From: Macrostomum lignano
Lineage: Eukaryota
Direction of reading: 5' to 3'
NCBI GenBank assembly: GCA_002269645.1
Contig: NIVC01001068.1
Location: forward strand, 124,001 to 188,000
DNA length: 64,000 nucleotides
A program made the translations under genes and the position numbers. Below the pieces are notes generated by a model that was given only the letters and a program-made list of their open reading frames with translations, was not told the origin of the DNA and searched no databases. Positions 45,001 to 55,900 of the stretch are shown piece by piece; position 1 is the first letter of the stretch, and every line of letters starts with the position of its first letter.

Positions 45001-48000
45001 TCATGGGAGAGTAAAAAAGAGTAAAAAACAATTGCTTGTTTGTCTTTTCCTCACTTTTTTTCTCTAACCTTTATGTACATAACACTGGCCTGTTCACACG
45101 CGCTCCTTCGAATAAACTTTTTCTTGACCACATCATGGAGCTGAGATCCGCAGCTTTCATTTGAATCAAGTTACAATTGAAACGGACTGAAATTATGTCC
45201 GCTAGAAGACATCGTAGCAAGGGTTCCGGAACTTTTGACGGACAGTATAGTTAGCTCTGCCTAATTTAAAGAGTTAAAACACTTTGAAAATGGAGCGTTT
45301 TAAAGGGTCCACTCGATTGTCAAAGCACCGCAGCACTTAGGCATCTTTTGAGGCAGATTCCGCGGACAAAAGACGCACTTTAAGCGACATGGTCGCACAA
45401 CCGGTGAGAGGCATTACTACCTATTCCGCCGACTCCCCTTGAGCGCGCGGATACGAACGCAGTCCTACTTTATCTATCGTTAGGCATGTACACTTTACTG
45501 TGCCTTGGGGTTGGCACTCAAGGCCGTTAATTGCACGAGCAGAGCCAAGCCGAGATTTTAATTATTGTGACTGCACTTAGAATCGAGCCTGGGCCGCTGG
45601 CTTAAAGAGAACGAAGCCAACAGGAAAGAGGAACAGCATACCTGGGCAGCAGAGACAGCAGAAATTGCCAGTCAGTAGAAAAGTTCAGTTGAGCAGAAAA
45701 TTGCCACAGGATGCAGTTGCGAAGGCTCGGCTGAAACAAATTTCAAAGGGATTGAACACGAAACTGGGATTCGAAAACTCTGAGAGAGAAAGATTATAAT
45801 TTTCTAATTTAAGCACGCTTGCTTTCACCTACAAATTGGCACGTTTGCAACGGCATAGAAAACTTTTGAAAGGAAAAAATGCAAAATAATATGGGATAGG
45901 ATTGATGAGCAGATACTGAGGTCAAAGTTGGGGAAAGGCAAGTTCGATATCAACTCAATAGCATAGGCGCTTCAAGGACACTGCCTTGTGCATGCAGGAT
46001 ATTAATTTGTAGCGGGAAGCTAAATTAAACTCAGGCCATGAGTTGGAACTGAGTGTCCTGAATCTAAAATACCCATAGACTGCATCTGACATACCCCAGT
46101 GTCCTGAATCTAAAATCCCCTTAGACTGCATCTGACATACCCCAGTGTCCTGAATCTAAAATACCCTTAGACTGCATCTGACATGCCCCAGTGTCCTGAA
46201 TCTAAAATACCCTTAGACTGCATCTGACATACCCCAGTGTCCTGAATCTAAAATACCCTTAGACTGCATCTGACATACCCCAGTGTCCTGAATCTAAAAT
46301 ACCCTTAGACTGCATCTGACATGCCCCAGTGTCCTGAATCTAAAATACCCTTAGACTGCATCTGACATACCCCAGTGTCCTGAATCTAAAATACCCTTAG
46401 ACTGCATCTGACATACCCCAGTGTCCTGAATCTAAAATACCCTTAGACTGCATCTGACATACCCCAGTGTCCTGAATCTAAAATACCCTTAGACTGCATC
46501 TGACATACCCAGTGAATCTAAAATACCCTTAGACTGCATCTGACATACTCCAGTGTCCTGAATCTAAAATACCCTTAGACTGCATCTGACATACTCCAGT
46601 GTCCTGAATCTAAAATACCCTTAGACTGCATCTGACATACCCCAGTGTCCTGAATCTAAAATACCCTTAGACTGCATCTGACATACCCAGTGTCCTGAAT
46701 CTAAAATACCCTTAGACTGCATCTGACATACCCAGTGAATCTAAAATACCCTTAGACTGCATCTGACATACCCAGTGTCCTAAAATACCCTAAGTTTTAT
46801 TTTTTATTACCTTGGTGAAGTCGGCAGACGACAATGGCAAAGACTGCCTGCTAGAGCCAGACGGCTTCAAAGGTTGCACCAGACTGCAAACAAAACGCAT
46901 CGTGTCCACCAGAGCCTGCTGCACCGGCTGGTCCAACTGACAGGTCAATAAAACGGGGCAATATGAAACTGGATACATATTTTAAGCGTTAATTAGTTTT
47001 TTCCTAAGAAAGTAAAAACAGTGAAAGTAAGGTAGGGGTGGCCCAGCAACCGAGGATCTGGGAACCGAGGATCTGGGAGGCTGGCCCAGCAACTGACACT
47101 CTGGGAGGCTGGCCCAGCAACTGAAGATCTGGGAGGCTGGCCTAGCAACTGGGGATCTGGGAGGCTGGCCCAGAAACTGAGGATCTGGAAGGCTGGCCCA
47201 GCAACTGAGGATCTGGGAGGCTGGCCCAGCAACTGAAGATCTGGGAGGCTGGCCCAGCAACTGAGGATCTGGGAGGCTGGCCTAGCAACTGGGGATCTGG
47301 GAGGCTGGCCTAGCAACTGAGGATCTGGGAGGCTGGCCCAGCAACTGAGGATCTGGGAGGCTGGCCCAGCAACTGAGGATCTGGGAGGCTGGCCTAGCAA
47401 CTGGGGATCTGGGAGGCTGGCCTAGCAACTGAGGATCTGGAAGGCTGGCCCAGCAACTGAGGATCTGGGAGGCTGGCACAGCAACTGGGGATCTGGGAGG
47501 CTGGCCCAGCAACTGGGGATCTGGGAGGCTGGACCAGCAACTGAGGATCTAGGAGGCTGGACCAGCAACTGACACTCTGGGAGGCTGGCCCAGCAACTGA
47601 CACTCTGGGAGGCTGGACCAGCAACTGAGGATCTGGGAGGCTGGCACAGCAACTGGGGATCTGGGAGGCTGGCCCAGCAACTGGGGATCTGGGAGGCTGG
47701 ACCAGCAACTGAGGATCTAGGAGGCTGGCCCAGCAACTGACACTCTGGGAGGCTGGACCAGCAACTGAGGATCTGGGAGGCTGGCCTAGCAACTGGGGAT
47801 CTGGGAGGCTGGCCCAGCAACTGGGGATCTAAAGCATAGCGACTCCAACTGAGGATCTAGGAGGAAACAACTCTGATTCGGCACTCACAGCACCGCTACA
47901 TCCGTCATCGACGTCGCCTCCGAGATCTGCAGCCGCGTCAACACTTGCAGCATCCAGCCTGGCCCCAATCAGGTCTATGATGGCGTCAGCGTGCCGAGTG

Positions 48001-49645
48001 CAGAACTGCCTAGCCGTCAAAGTATTATCATCAATGCGGCCATTGGAGTCCGGATCGATAGTTTTTGCAGCCGCAATGCCCGAGACAATATGAGCCAGTT
48101 TAATCGAACACTTTCGGCTCATATAGGGACAGCGGCGCAGCTCTTCAACGAAACGAAGGTGTTTAGCCAGCGGCCGCATGGGGTCGGGCAGGGTGGCCAG
48201 CAGTAAGGCAGCCAGTGAGCAGCGACGCAGAGTGGTTTCAGAGAGGTCTGCAGTGCATTTGGTTTGGTTTTCAGGTTACAGTGACTTGTATGCTCTATGC
48301 TTGAATAGTGGGATAGAACAAGAGAGAGCAGAGACGAGGAGGGAGAGAGCGGGGAAGGTGGAAAGAGCGGAATGAGAGGGCGGAGAGAAGAGGGAGGGAG
48401 CGGAGGGAGCGGAGGGAGAGGGCGGATAAGAGGGGGAGCGGAGGGAGAGGGCGGATAAGAGGGAGAGCGGAGGGAGAGGGCGGATAAGAGGGAGAGCGGA
48501 GGGAGAGGGTGGATAAGAGGGGGAGCGGAGGGAGAGGGCGGATAAGAGGGAGAGCGGAGGGAGAGGGTGGATAAGAGGGAGAGCGGAGGGAGAGGGTGGA
48601 TAAGAGGGGGAGCGGAGGGAGAGGGTGGATAAGAGGGGGAGCGGAGGGAGAGGGTGGATAAGAGGGGGAGCGGAGGGAGAGGGTGGATAAGAGGGGGAGC
48701 GGAGGGAGAGGGTGGATAAGAGGGTGTGCGGAGGGAGAGGGTGGATAAGAGGCGGAGCGGAGGGAGAGGGTGGATAAGAGGGTGTGCGGAGGGAGAGGGT
48801 GGATAAGAGGGAGAGCGGAGGGAGAGGGTGGATAAGAGGGAGAGCGGAGGGAGAGGGTGGATAAGAGGGTGTGCGGAGGGAGAGGGTGGATAAGAGGGGG
48901 AGCGGAGGGAGAGGGTGGATAAGAGGGGGAGCGGAGGGAGAGGGTGGATAAGAGGGTGTGCGGAGGGAGAGGGTGGATAAGAGGCGGAGCGGAGGGAGAG
49001 GGCAGATAAGAGGGGGAGCGGAGGGAGAGGGCGGATAAGAGGGGAGCGGAGAGGACGGAGGGGAGAGGGTGGAGAAGGAGGCGGTGAGCAAGCAGCAATA
49101 GATATTAGGCACAGAGTCAGTTACCAACAGATTGTAGAACAATTACACAATGATGCATGCAGAGGGCAAACAGTTAAAAATGGGAATTGGCCATCAGCAA
49201 CGCACCATCGCTAGTGACAATAGCGCCAATCCAGGCCTCCATAGGTTTACAAATGGACCAAGTTCGGCACAGATTAGCCAGAGGCAGCCACAGACTGGGC
49301 GCGTCCGGCCGCAGGCATTCGTCAAATCGGAAGCACTCCATACAGCGGACCAGACAGCCGAAATTGTCCTCCGCAGCTGCCGATTTATCTTGTGTTTGCA
49401 GTTCGGCAATTTCGCTAATCTGTTCGGGACCGTTCAGCTGAGCGGCGGCGAGCAATAGAGACAGCAGGAAGCTCTGCGAGGCCAGGCGGAACTTCTTGGA
49501 GAAGTAGGGCACGTGACGGGACACGGACTGGCTGGCGGCGGGGAGGGAGTCTGTCTTTCTTAGTGTCTGTCTTTCTGCCTCTCTGTGTGTCTGTCTGTCT
49601 GTCTGTCTCTCTGTGTGTCTGTCTGTCTATCTATCTATCTATCTA

Positions 49646-49690
<45 letters not shown>

Positions 49691-49761
49691 CTGTCTTTCT
49701 GTGTGTCTGTCTGTCTGTCTCTGTCTGTCTGTCTGTCTGCCTGTCTGTCTGTCTGTCTCTC

Positions 49762-49808
<47 letters not shown>

Positions 49809-49809
49809 T

Positions 49810-49844
<35 letters not shown>

Positions 49845-49909
49845 TTCTGTCTGTCTGTCTTTCTGTCTCTCTGTGTGTCTGTCTGTCTGTCTGTCTGTGT
49901 GTGTCTGTG

Positions 49910-49948
<39 letters not shown>

Positions 49949-49961
49949 ATGTCTCTCTGTG

Positions 49962-49992
<31 letters not shown>

Positions 49993-52900
49993 GTGTCTGT
50001 CTGTCTGTCTTAGTGTCTGCGTGTCTGTAACGTTTTCCAACATAACGTAAAAGTTCTACGATCGTAATAACGCACTGTACTTTTTCATTTTTTTAAGCCA
50101 GGTTCTGATTGACGATTTCTCGGGCAACATGGGCAGCTAGCGCGCGAGGAGGCGAGCCCCATTCCGCGCACTCTCAAGCATGACTTACTCCCAATACTCC
50201 ACACTATTCAGCTCAATAGCCCAGGGGAAAGATGACATGAAAAAACTAGCTATTAAAACAATTGAAAGCATACTAACTTATGCAGGTTAAAAAACGGCGC
50301 TTTCAATATTCTCATTGAACCGGTGGAGTGGGGGCGGGGGTTAGAGAAGATAATAAAAAAGGCCATCTGAATCGGTGATTCAAGCATCACCTACCAGATG
50401 AGGCTCATAGCTGACCAGGGCAAGCCTGGCAGACAATGCAATGCTTCCGCGCAGAATAGATATGCTGTAGAATTCCAGCTAGTGCCGGGAAAGTTGCGCA
50501 GAATATTTGTCAAATTCACTGCAATGGCAACAATTTATTAGAATTTACTATGTTACCTCCGTCTAATATAATAGCGCGCTATAATTGTGTTCTCCTCTAG
50601 AGGCTGCACACCTGCGATTATTGGTGGATTATGATGCGGCTTTTAAGGGATGTGACGTGACGCGAAAGTCAGGAATCGAGCGAGTGTTGTTTGAACGAGT
50701 GTAAATTCTTGCGATATATTTGCAGTAGTAGAATAGTCTAAGTTGCTTGACGAGACACAGATCGAGAGCAATGGTTTAAATATTGCGACTATTGAAAATA
50801 TTGAAGTGGAGTATTGAACTACATTGATGCACTGCATGATTGAGCAAGTGGAGGGACTTAAGGGGCGAGGCAAGGCTAGAGCAATGATGTACACTGAATT
50901 GCACAGAGTACGCATTGGTTTACAGAGTACATAGAAGTTTAGCATTGAATAAAGTTAAGTGACTGAGTTAGCAGAATAAAGTTAAGCAAAAAACCGCACA
51001 CAGTTACCCATGCTAGCAAACCAACGAACCGTCACTTCATCTCCCCCCTTCGAATCGAGCTGGCGGCAGGCCCCTTGTCGAACGAACCGGATAGCGAGGC
51101 AGCTTCACCGGCGAGAGGCCGGCGGTCGGCTGCGGCCGATGCAACTCGGTAGCCTCCCCGCCCTGCAGTCCGGTGATTTCACCGTCCTCAGCGGCTGCAG
51201 CAGCGGTGTCGCTGCCACTGCTGCTCACGTCACCTTGGCAGCTGGTTTGCGGCAGCATCGTATACTCGTCCGTGGCGCGGGAGGTTGCCGGATCATCGGC
51301 TCCGGCCTCGATGCGTTCACTCAGCTGGTCTGCATGCGCCAGGACGGTGCGACCGCCTTGGCGGGCGATGATGGCCGTGTTCGTCCCTTTCTGACATAGA
51401 AACTCGGCCGGCTCGCGCTCCAGCCCTGCGCCCGGTGCGTACCAGATGTTGGCTCTAATTGGCGTCTTCATTGTGATAGGATTGCGAAGCTGCCGTCCCA
51501 TGAGCTGTGCTGGACTTTGGGCCCGACCGGCGTGGGGAATGCACCTGTAATTGAGTAGGAGTCTGAACAGGAATGAGTCGTACGGCTCCGACGCTTGGTC
51601 CCAGGCCGCCGACGCCCTCTTGATCGAGCCAACCATCCGCTCCGCAAGTCCGTTCGATTGCGGATGCCTTGGAGGAGTTTTGAGGGCTCGACAGCCAATT
51701 CGCTCAAGCCAGGACAGCAGTCCAGCGTCGTGATACTCAGCGGCATTATCGCTAACTAGGACGTGCGGGACACCGTTTCTAGCGAATACTGACTGAAGAG
51801 CGGCCTTAACAGTCGCAGCATCGCGGTTTGGTACTCTCAGGACCTCAGGCCATCCCGACATTGCATCGACTAGAATGAGCACCAGTCCAACCTTCGGGAT
51901 TGTGGCGTGGTCCATATGCACGCGATGCCACGGTTCGTCTTCCTTTGGCCACTGATGTACCGTAGGTGTGCCGGAAGGCCGAATTCGCGTGCAGGTGGGG
52001 CAGTTGCGCACGTGCCGCTCCACATCCGTGCAATATCCTGGCCACCAGGCCGAGTTGCGGAACAGTGCGCGAGTTGCCATGGCTCCCTGATGCGAGTCAT
52101 TGTGTACCTGATCCAGGACGCGCTGCCTGAGTGTCGCAGGAATCACCGGTCGATCGCCGTAGCAGAGAATGCCGTCGTCTATCACTAAGGCATGGCGAAC
52201 TGACTTGTACGGTCTCTCAGCTGGGGAGCATCCTGACCATCTGCTTGATGCGACTCGCTCAGCAATATCTTGGAGTAGACGATCGCGCTGGGTCTCTGCT
52301 TGCAGCTCCACCCATGGAATCACCGGGCTGCCAGCCCAATGAACCAGACCTTCCAAGGCAGCAGGTTCTGATTCGGATAGTTCACCGTCGCATTCAAGGC
52401 GAGAGAGAGCATCAGCGTGTGGAATGTGCTCGCCTTTTGTGTAGATCGTGTCAAAATCGAAGGCCATTAGCTTGATCGCCCAGCGAAGTAGCCGAGCGTT
52501 CGCCACCTTTGGAAGTTGCCGCCGCGCTCCGAAGAGAAACTCTAGAGGCCGATGATCTGTCCGTAGAGTGAATCGGGCACCGAGAAGGAACTGCTTGGCG
52601 CGTTCCATCGCCCAAACGATGGCGAGGGCTTCTCTTTCGATATTCGAATAGCGCGATTCCGTGCTGCTCAACCGTCTGCTAAGGTATATAACCGGGTGGC
52701 CGTTTTGGGTGAGCACAGCGGCGATGGCCCTCTCACTGGCATCCGTGGTAAGAGTCGTCTCCTTGGTCTTGTCGTAGGGCTGTAGGACTGGCGCACTGCT
52801 AAGAATGGCTTTGATTCTCTCGAAGGCCTGAGTCTGATCGGGTCCCCAACTGAACCTTGCGTTCTTGGTTCGTAACCGGTTGAGTGGCTCGATGATCTGT

Positions 52901-55900
52901 GAGTAGTTGCGAATGAATCTGCCAAAAAAGTTGGCAAGGCCAAGAAAAGATTCTAGTTGCTTCTTGTCTCCAGGAGTCTTGACGGCGCGGATCCGATCGA
53001 CCAGATTTGGATCAGGAGAAATTCCTCTCTCGCTGACTCTGTACCCGAGAAATGAGACCTCCCTAGCCTTAAGGGTTGATTTTTCCAAGTTGATTGACAT
53101 TCCTGCCTTCTTTAGGGTAGCTATGACATTTTGGACCTTTGAGTCGATCTCTGAGTCAGATTTTCCGCCGAGAAGAATGTCGTCCTGATAAACTATCTTG
53201 CCGGTGATGTCGGCAAGGACTGATTCCATTGCCTTTTGAAAGATAGATGATGCTGATTTGAGGCCTGGAACGAGACGCTTATAGCGATAGAGGCCCAAAG
53301 GTGTGGCGATGGTGGTGATCTCTCTGCTGTCTTCGTCCAGCTTTATCTGTAAATAAGCATCTGAAAGGTCGATTTTCGAGAAGTGCGACATTCCAGAGGT
53401 CTCCGCAAAGATTGTCTCCATCTCAGGCATCGGGTACGTATCGTTGCACACCTGATGATTAACTCCTGCTTTGAAGTCAGCACAGACGCGCACCTTTCCG
53501 TTAGGTTTCAGTACGCTGACAATTGGTGAGGCCCACTGACTCCCTCCGGCTGGAACAGGCTCGATTATCTGCTCAGCCTCCATTCGCCTGAGCTCCTCGT
53601 TAACCCGGTCTCGCAGGTGAATGGGAACGGGCCTGGCTGCGCAGTAAAACGGTTTTGCTCCGTCAACAAGGCGAATCTTGGCTTTGAAGTTTTTGAGACA
53701 TCCTAGCTGGCCGACAGCGTTGATTGTAATAGCGTCCCCTTGCAGCTTGATGACGTCCATTCCCAGCAGTCCATGTGGCTTGCTGGCCTCCGTGACGATT
53801 AAGTCCAGTGTGACAAAGTTGGTGTCGGTTTCTAGGGAGGCAGTGAATTCTCCTAGACAGGAAATGCTGGATCCGTCGTACTGCCTGAGTGTTCGCCTGC
53901 ACTTCCTGAGAGAAGGGCGGCCGAGCTTGACCCACAGATTTTGCGGAAGTAGACTCACCTCGGCGCCCGTGTCAATCTGCATAGGCAGGGTCTGACCATT
54001 GATCTTCGCCTCGTGAAAGACTCCGTTGCTACGCCCGGGAGTGACCACAAAAATGTCGGCTGGCCCTTGGTCCTGATTCTCATGATCGCCTGTCGATTCT
54101 CCTTGGGTCAAGTGCACTTCTCTGGATCTGCAGACCGCAGCAAAATGATTCTTCCGTTTACACTTGGTGCACCTCTGACCAAAAGCGGGGCAACTGCCTT
54201 TGGGGTGAGTTGTACCGCAGTAATAGCACCTGCCTTTACCAGCTGCTCCTGGAGACTTGGCTGCTGCACCAGTCGTTCTTGGTTGCCCTGCAAAAGCGAT
54301 CTCCAGGGGGACGGGCGCGCCTGATGAAGCGCTGTTGGTTGTGCCTTTGTTATATTGTTGAATTTGCTCGAGCTGCTGCAGGTTTTGCAGGATATCATCA
54401 AGAAGTTTTTCTTCGCCTTGAAGCTGCTCCAAAATTCTCTTCTTGTGTTCGGGAGAGGCAAGGCCGTCGATTAGTCTCATCGCGATGAGGTCGTTTTCCT
54501 TGGACTGCTTGGCCCCAGTTCCTCGAATTCGCAAAGCGCCGCCGCTGCTCGAAGCCGACGATAGTAAGTGCTGATCGATTCACCTGGCTCTTGCTTCAGG
54601 CTTAGAAATCTGGTGCGCTCAGCGATGACCAGCCTTTTCTTAGGCCGGATTGTTGCTGTAACTAGTGTCTCGATTTCGCTAAATTTGAGTGCCTCCAGCT
54701 TTTTTGGTGCAGCCATCAGAGAGAGCGTCCGGATCGCCTGTAGTCCAGCCTTGGACAGGAACAAGTCAGTCTTATCCCGCGCTTCGTCCGTGTCCGTAAG
54801 TTTCTTAATGCGGGCTGTGGCGGAGAGCTGCTGCATCCATGCCTCAGCGAGTTCAGGATCGTTGAGGTTGAGTTCTTGACTCCGAATTTCGCCTGCTTGC
54901 GACGCCATTGACGTGACGCGAAAGTCAGGAATCGAGCGAGTGTTGTTTGAACGAGTGTAAATTCTTGCGATATATTTGCAGTAGTAGAATAGTCTAAGTT
55001 GCTTGACGAGACACAGATCGAGAGCAATGGTTTAAATATTGCGACTATTGAAAATATTGAAGTGGAGTATTGAACTACATTGATGCACTGCATGATTGAG
55101 CAAGTGGAGGGACTTAAGGGGCGAGGCAAGGCTAGAGCAATGATGTACACTGAATTGCACAGAGTACGCATTGGTTTACAGAGTACATAGAAGTTTAGCA
55201 TTGAATAAAGTTAAGTGACTGAGTTAGCAGAATAAAGTTAAGCAAAAAAACCGCACACAGTTACCCATGCTAGCAAACCAACGAACCGTCACTTCAGGAT
55301 GGATAAGGGCGGTTATTAGCAATGGATTAGGGTGGCTATTAGGGATGGATTAGGATGGCTATTAAGGATGGATTAGGGTGGCTATTAGGGTTGAATTAGG
55401 GCGGTTATTAGGAGTGGATTAGGGTGGCTATAAAGGATGGATTAGGGCGGTTATTATGGATGGATTAGGGCGGTTACTAGGGATGCATTAGGGCGGTTAT
55501 TAGGGATGGATTAGGGTGGCTATTAGGGATGGATTAGGGTGGTTATTAGGGATGCATTAGGGCGGTTATTAGGGATGGATTAGGGTGGCTATTAGGTTGG
55601 ATTAAAGGCAATCACAATTTTGATGAATTAGGACGAAATTATGGGAGGCTGTAACCATGGATAAAGGAACAGAATAAAAAATTACCTTCAATACTGGCCA
55701 AGCTTCTCATAAACTTAGCTAACGATTTTGAAGGCTGACAAAAATCTTCGACGCTGGAATCCGCAGAATTAAGAAGTGCGGCGGCACCGGCGGAACTTCC
55801 GGGATCTTCGATAACATAGAACAGCGACGGATCGTTGAGCGTGTCCCACAGATATTGGGATAAAAACTGCGGGATAAAAACCATTAATCGTTAGTGGATT

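Larger units (their letters stand above)
50653..55296 (-). mobile_element. Full-length Ty3/Gypsy LTR retrotransposon (Mag-like), in TARBP1 intron 2
   Basis: LTRs at 50653-51039 and 54909-55296 (TG...CA, 10-bp inverted termini). 5-bp TSD GGATG at 50648-50652 and 55297-55301. PBS TGGCGTCGCAAGCAGG follows the 5' LTR and PPT GAAGGGGGAGA precedes the 3' LTR. Confidence 0.95.

Noticed and set aside
50360-50435. Two adjacent hairpins followed by ACA (H/ACA snoRNA or ribozyme?)
   Set aside because: Second hairpin too short, wrong strand for intronic processing from TARBP1, and no hammerhead, twister or HDV core found.
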